A stretch of DNA of 29,060 nt from a virus. Lineage: Duplodnaviria > Caudoviricetes. Numbering within the stretch: the stretch's first letter is position 1; every line of letters begins with the position of its first letter. The translations under genes were made by a program, and so were the position numbers. Shown piece after piece: positions 25,689 through 29,060 of this stretch. The DNA lies in the IMG/VR virus record IMGVR_UViG_3300027679_000027, positions 1 to 29,060 of that record; one strand, given 5' to 3'. The notes beneath the pieces were generated by a model. The model was not told the DNA's origin. It did not search any database and saw only the letters and a program-made list of their open reading frames with translations.

Positions 25689-25786
25689 TCTATATCTTCA
25701 AGGTGCGCTAGTAAAAATGCAATTATCACTAGAGAACCTATACCGACAAATGCGCCAATCGCCAACGCAAATATTGTCATAATCAT
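25685..25786 (-). CDS. Tiny membrane protein (33 aa, not in ORF track)
   Basis: MIMTIFALAIGAFVGIGSLVIIAFLLAHLEDID*. ATGA overlap with the upstream gene; its stop overlaps the endolysin stop. Confidence 0.6.
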   Translation of the reverse strand: MIMTIFALAIGAFVGIGSLVIIAFLLAHLEDID

Positions 25787-25989
25787 AAAATCCCCTGTTG
25801 TTTTTCCCATCGTTTACACAATTTTTTTACTGTAATACTTTTTTTCTTTTTTTGACAGACCTCACTTTTTGACGCTTGCTTTGCCTTGACCTGTAGCTGC
25901 CAAGGCGTAAGGGGTTGTAGCGGGTCAGGGAAGAATCCGTTGTATCCCACTGTGCCTAGCACTGCACTGAGAATGATTTTGTCAATCAA
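25783..25989 (-). CDS. Hypothetical protein
   Basis: 68 aa with ATGA overlaps at both ends. Confidence 0.65.
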   Translation of the reverse strand: MIDKIILSAVLGTVGYNGFFPDPLQPLTPWQLQVKAKQASKSEVCQKKKKSITVKKLCKRWEKQQGIL

Positions 25990-26315
25990 GTGTTCTTCTC
26001 CTTGAGTTTGGCTTCAATGGCTCGGGCAAAGTCTTCAACCCAACTACCAAAAAGAATGCGGTACTCATCAGCAATTGGTTGAAGTTCGTTATTTGTCAGC
26101 CCTACCCATGTGCGCTGTGGTGGGTGGGTATACAAAGGTATGCAACAAGCATCAGTTTTTTTAGTGGCAAGAGTGGCTTTAAATCTAGCTCTAGTTAAAG
26201 AATCTAAATTTTTAAACGTGTCGTAATGCGCCCACGCCACAGGCTCTTGGCTTTCACCCCTTGCGGGACAATTTCTTCCCTCGTTGCAGTTTTGATTGCA
26301 TGGTGGGCAACTCAT
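25986..26315 (-). CDS. Hypothetical protein with CxxCxxxCxxGRxCPAR N-terminus
   Basis: MSCPPCNQNCNEGRNCPAR, QEPVAW, PLYTHPPQRTWVGLT and FARAIEAKLKEKN modules. ATG 26315 overlaps the upstream stop. Confidence 0.75.
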   Translation of the reverse strand: MSCPPCNQNCNEGRNCPARGESQEPVAWAHYDTFKNLDSLTRARFKATLATKKTDACCIPLYTHPPQRTWVGLTNNELQPIADEYRILFGSWVEDFARAIEAKLKEKNT

Positions 26316-26617
26316 ATCAACTCCCGCTGTACAGGCACAAACTTCCATTCACGTTCTGTCCTACCTGACTTGGACTTGGTGACCCGACCAGTTAACTCCA
26401 CCAAGCCAATCTTGGCTAACTCAGGTAACCGCCTTGCGACTTGGTTGCCATCCAGCCCAGTCAATTCGGCAATGCCATCCTTGCCCCTAGCGCCGAAGCG
26501 CTGGAGACAAACCACAATCAATCCACCATGAAGCCGAGCTAAGTCTTGTGCTTGGTCTGCTGCGGCGTGGCTGGTCACTGGGTCAAGTGACCTTGCCCGT
26601 TTAAAAAGGTATGTCAT
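26312..26617 (-). CDS. Winged-HTH DNA-binding protein
   Basis: RARSLDPVTSHAAA N-terminus, then IAELTGLDGNQVARRLPEL...GLVE...SGRTEREW. Confidence 0.75.
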   Translation of the reverse strand: MTYLFKRARSLDPVTSHAAADQAQDLARLHGGLIVVCLQRFGARGKDGIAELTGLDGNQVARRLPELAKIGLVELTGRVTKSKSGRTEREWKFVPVQRELI

Positions 26618-26837
26618 CTTCAGACTCCTTTGTTTGTTTGCCCTCGTAAGGCTTGGGGTCGTAGCAGTTTGCCCAGCCATCCCAACCGCCCTTGGGAAGA
26701 GGCATCACATCCAGTTTGATTTTAAGGTTGCCGTTATCTTCAAAAACTGAACCAATATTTTGATAGCGTTTTTTCTCTTCACCGCTTTTGTTGGTGTAAG
26801 AACCAGTTACGACAGTAATATCTTTTATTTTTTTCAT
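26601..26837 (-). CDS. Small SSB-like protein
   Basis: GSYTNKSGEEKKRYQNIG...IKLD beta-rich core with an acidic DDIPF tail; adjacent to the exonuclease. Confidence 0.65.
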   Translation of the reverse strand: MKKIKDITVVTGSYTNKSGEEKKRYQNIGSVFEDNGNLKIKLDVMPLPKGGWDGWANCYDPKPYEGKQTKESEDDIPF

Positions 26838-27439
26838 GCAAGGCTTTCAAGTTGTTGTATTTTCAGGTCTACATCACCCAAAAACTGGATGACTGAATTC
26901 TCAAGCGAATCAACGATTTGTTTGTCGAAGTTAACACGCTTGATGAATAGTTGGTATTTTTCCGGCATCCGTGGGTCAAAGGATACAAAGTCGCACCATG
27001 GGCGCTGTGTGCAAGCCATTTGCCACATCATTTGAGTGATGTACTTTTCGGGCACTTTTTGGTCAAGCAAGGTTGCGATGTGAGTTGCGGTGTTTGGGCA
27101 TTTGATTTCCACCAAACCATCCCCCGCCAAGCCATCAGGAGACGCACCAGACATCGTGATAGATGGGTGGGTAATGAACCCTACCTCAGATACTAAAATG
27201 TCAACCTTGGCCTCATAAGCGGCTCGGGCAAATGGTTCGGTATCTGTACCCCATTGCATGGATGAGTTGCTGAATGACTCGGCAGGCTTGCCAGTCATCC
27301 TTTCGCACACAAGTTGCGCCATGTAATTATCTCTGCTGGTGCTGAAACCAGTCTTGGTTTTGGCGATGATGTCTGCCACCCTGCTGGCGGTGACTTTGCC
27401 GCATCGGGCGGCAAACCATTCAATCGTTCCTTGCTCCAT
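26834..27439 (-). CDS. YqaJ/lambda-type exonuclease
   Basis: QGTIEWFAARCGKVTAS, MQWG...EP.AR, GASPDGL, EIKCP and Y..QMMWQM motifs. Confidence 0.93.
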   Translation of the reverse strand: MEQGTIEWFAARCGKVTASRVADIIAKTKTGFSTSRDNYMAQLVCERMTGKPAESFSNSSMQWGTDTEPFARAAYEAKVDILVSEVGFITHPSITMSGASPDGLAGDGLVEIKCPNTATHIATLLDQKVPEKYITQMMWQMACTQRPWCDFVSFDPRMPEKYQLFIKRVNFDKQIVDSLENSVIQFLGDVDLKIQQLESLA

Positions 27440-27641
27440 TTGTGATCTCCAAGTTTTGTTTTAAAAGAATGAAAGTTGCCAAATCAATTTCGCTTGAGGC
27501 TTTGTAGGCACGTTTTCGCATATCAGAAGTCATGCTAAAAACAGCTTGATCTTTTACGACTGTAGTCAAATGAAATTGCAAAAGTTCATCAATGGCTTGT
27601 TTTGCCATTACCAAAGTGTCAAGTGATATTTCGCGTTTCAT
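27420..27641 (-). CDS. Hypothetical protein
   Basis: 73 aa between erf and the exonuclease gene, with coupled overlaps. Confidence 0.6.
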   Translation of the reverse strand: MKREISLDTLVMAKQAIDELLQFHLTTVVKDQAVFSMTSDMRKRAYKASSEIDLATFILLKQNLEITNGARND

Positions 27642-28219
27642 GCACCCTCCAGTTGAGATTTTTTAGCATCTTTTTTGGCGATGACCTTGGTCTGCCATGC
27701 TTGCTCGCCATTGGTGGCTTTGTAGGCTGCTTTGTAGGTTTCCTGAAGTTCTTTAAGTGTGGTGACTTCATCCATCGCAGCCAACAAGTCAGCAATCTTG
27801 TGCTCATCCACTGTAGACTTGATTTCGGTGCGGCGGCTGGCGCTATTGCCATCGTCATCTTCCGGCGCCAAACCTGTGGCAGCCAGCAGGCTGTAGCGCC
27901 TGGCATAAGTCAGGGCAGAGCCATAACCCTGCGGGTCTTGCTTGGCGGCTGGAACATGAAGCAAACCACACTCCATAACCTCGCCCGATTCGTGGACAAA
28001 AATTGTTTCCACCATCACCCCGTCTTTTGATTCGTAGGTGCGCTGCATGAGACCGATGCCATTGGCATTCAAGGCATCAATGACAGCCTCAATGCAGTTG
28101 GATAGGTCAGCATATTTGCTACGAAAATGCGGGTTTGTTGAGGTCTTTAAAGCAGGACCAAAGGCTCGTTGCGCCTTGACAAATGCCGAAGCGATATTTT
28201 TTCCGATAGGTGTTTCCAT
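27638..28219 (-). CDS. erf: ERF family single-strand annealing protein
   Basis: NPHFRSKYADL and PQGYGSALTYARRYSL...APEDDDGN signature. ATG 28219 follows AAGGGA. Confidence 0.93.
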   Translation of the reverse strand: METPIGKNIASAFVKAQRAFGPALKTSTNPHFRSKYADLSNCIEAVIDALNANGIGLMQRTYESKDGVMVETIFVHESGEVMECGLLHVPAAKQDPQGYGSALTYARRYSLLAATGLAPEDDDGNSASRRTEIKSTVDEHKIADLLAAMDEVTTLKELQETYKAAYKATNGEQAWQTKVIAKKDAKKSQLEGA

Positions 28220-28229
28220 GATTTTCCCT

Positions 28230-28502
28230 TTAAAAAGTTTTGTTGTAATACGCATTGATAACTTGACTGACACGCTGGCGGCTTGGTGGCTCGTACCCAG
28301 CGTAGATAGGTACTTGTTCTTCTAGCCAAGCCAGTTCATCTTTTGGAATGTCGTAGGTGATGTCGTTTTTGCCTTGAAAAACAAAAACATCAAAGAACCC
28401 GTCAAGTTCCCAGTCATCGCCAGCACACCAAGTCCACTGGACTGTGACCTCGCCAACTGAGTCAATCCATTCACAGAAATCGCCTTCTTCACCGTCATAC
28501 AT
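28230..28502 (-). CDS. Acidic hypothetical protein
   Basis: MYDGEEGDFCEW...; SD GGAGG upstream of ATG 28502. Confidence 0.65.
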   Translation of the reverse strand: MYDGEEGDFCEWIDSVGEVTVQWTWCAGDDWELDGFFDVFVFQGKNDITYDIPKDELAWLEEQVPIYAGYEPPSRQRVSQVINAYYNKTF

Positions 28503-28504
28503 AA

Positions 28505-28621
28505 TTAAGCCCTCCAGTAAAGAATGTCTAAGGCAACCACCACAAGGGCAGCAACGGATACAACCCAAAGGGCAACATTTGCCCAGTTGGTTGGTTTGGT
28601 GTACTTTTCAATTTCAAACAT
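28505..28621 (-). CDS. Tiny membrane protein (38 aa, not in ORF track)
   Basis: MFEIEKYTKPTNWANVALWVVSVAALVVVALDILYWRA*; SD AAGGA; fills the gap. Confidence 0.7.
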   Translation of the reverse strand: MFEIEKYTKPTNWANVALWVVSVAALVVVALDILYWRA

Positions 28622-28635
28622 TGTTTTCCTTTGAT

Positions 28636-28649
28636 GGGGCCGAAGCCCC
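28636..28649 (-). promoter_or_regulatory. Intergenic C(UUCG)G tetraloop hairpin
   Basis: GGGGC-TTCG-GCCCC on the - strand, with no following U tract. Confidence 0.6.
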
Positions 28650-28658
28650 GTTGGTTAA

Positions 28659-29018
28659 TCAATATGCAAATTCTTCGTTGCGTTCCAAAGCCAGGTCGTC
28701 AGCTTGACCATAAGCCTCATATGCATCAGAACCGTAGACGGCACGACCAGCCTCCCAAGAATCAAAGCCCACAGGCAACTTGCCCAAAGTTAAACGGGCG
28801 TTTAAAGCGGCGGCTTGAGCTTCTGCCTTTGCCATAGCTTCTGCCTCCCAGCGGTCAGAAACAACGTGCTTGATGCGGGTGTTGCCACACTCAGAAACGG
28901 CGCGGACGTAAGCAGAAAAACCGTAAACGTAACCTTTTGGGTTGCTGTAATCAGCCATTTCAAAGTTTTGGCCAACAATCACAATGTCTGTGTAGGCAGT
29001 AAATTGAGTAACTTTCAT
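28659..29018 (-). CDS. Hypothetical early protein
   Basis: 119 aa; strong SD TAAGGA; C-terminal YGSDAY..YG motif. Confidence 0.75.
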   Translation of the reverse strand: MKVTQFTAYTDIVIVGQNFEMADYSNPKGYVYGFSAYVRAVSECGNTRIKHVVSDRWEAEAMAKAEAQAAALNARLTLGKLPVGFDSWEAGRAVYGSDAYEAYGQADDLALERNEEFAY

Positions 29019-29060
29019 TTTGATTTCCTTAAAGACCCCTTGCGGAATTGCTAGGGCATG

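Overview
About 29 kb of a P22-like (podovirus-type) tailed phage genome. No host genes, integrase, tRNA, rRNA or CRISPR array were seen. The + strand (1-25688) carries the late region in this order: a Zn-finger protein, a ParB-like protein, a TET/JBP-type 2OG-Fe(II) dioxygenase, small and large terminase, P22-like portal, scaffold and coat, a gp4-like adaptor, a cluster of tiny basic proteins, a gp10-like tail hub, a needle/fibre, a GNAT protein, three ejection proteins, a split tailspike/fibre module, and a lysis cassette (3-TM holin plus M15 peptidase endolysin). The - strand (25685-29060) carries a convergent early operon with ERF, a YqaJ/lambda-type exonuclease and an SSB-like protein. The most notable observations are: (i) a ParB + TET/JBP dioxygenase pair joined to the terminase genes with no partner methyltransferase in the window; (ii) a tandem pair of covarying H-type pseudoknots filling the leader of the scaffold gene; (iii) three late promoter-like elements sharing a variant -10 (GAnAATC); (iv) an apparent ATT-initiated gene in the lysis region. 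All family assignments come from motif recognition and synteny by eye, not from database searches.
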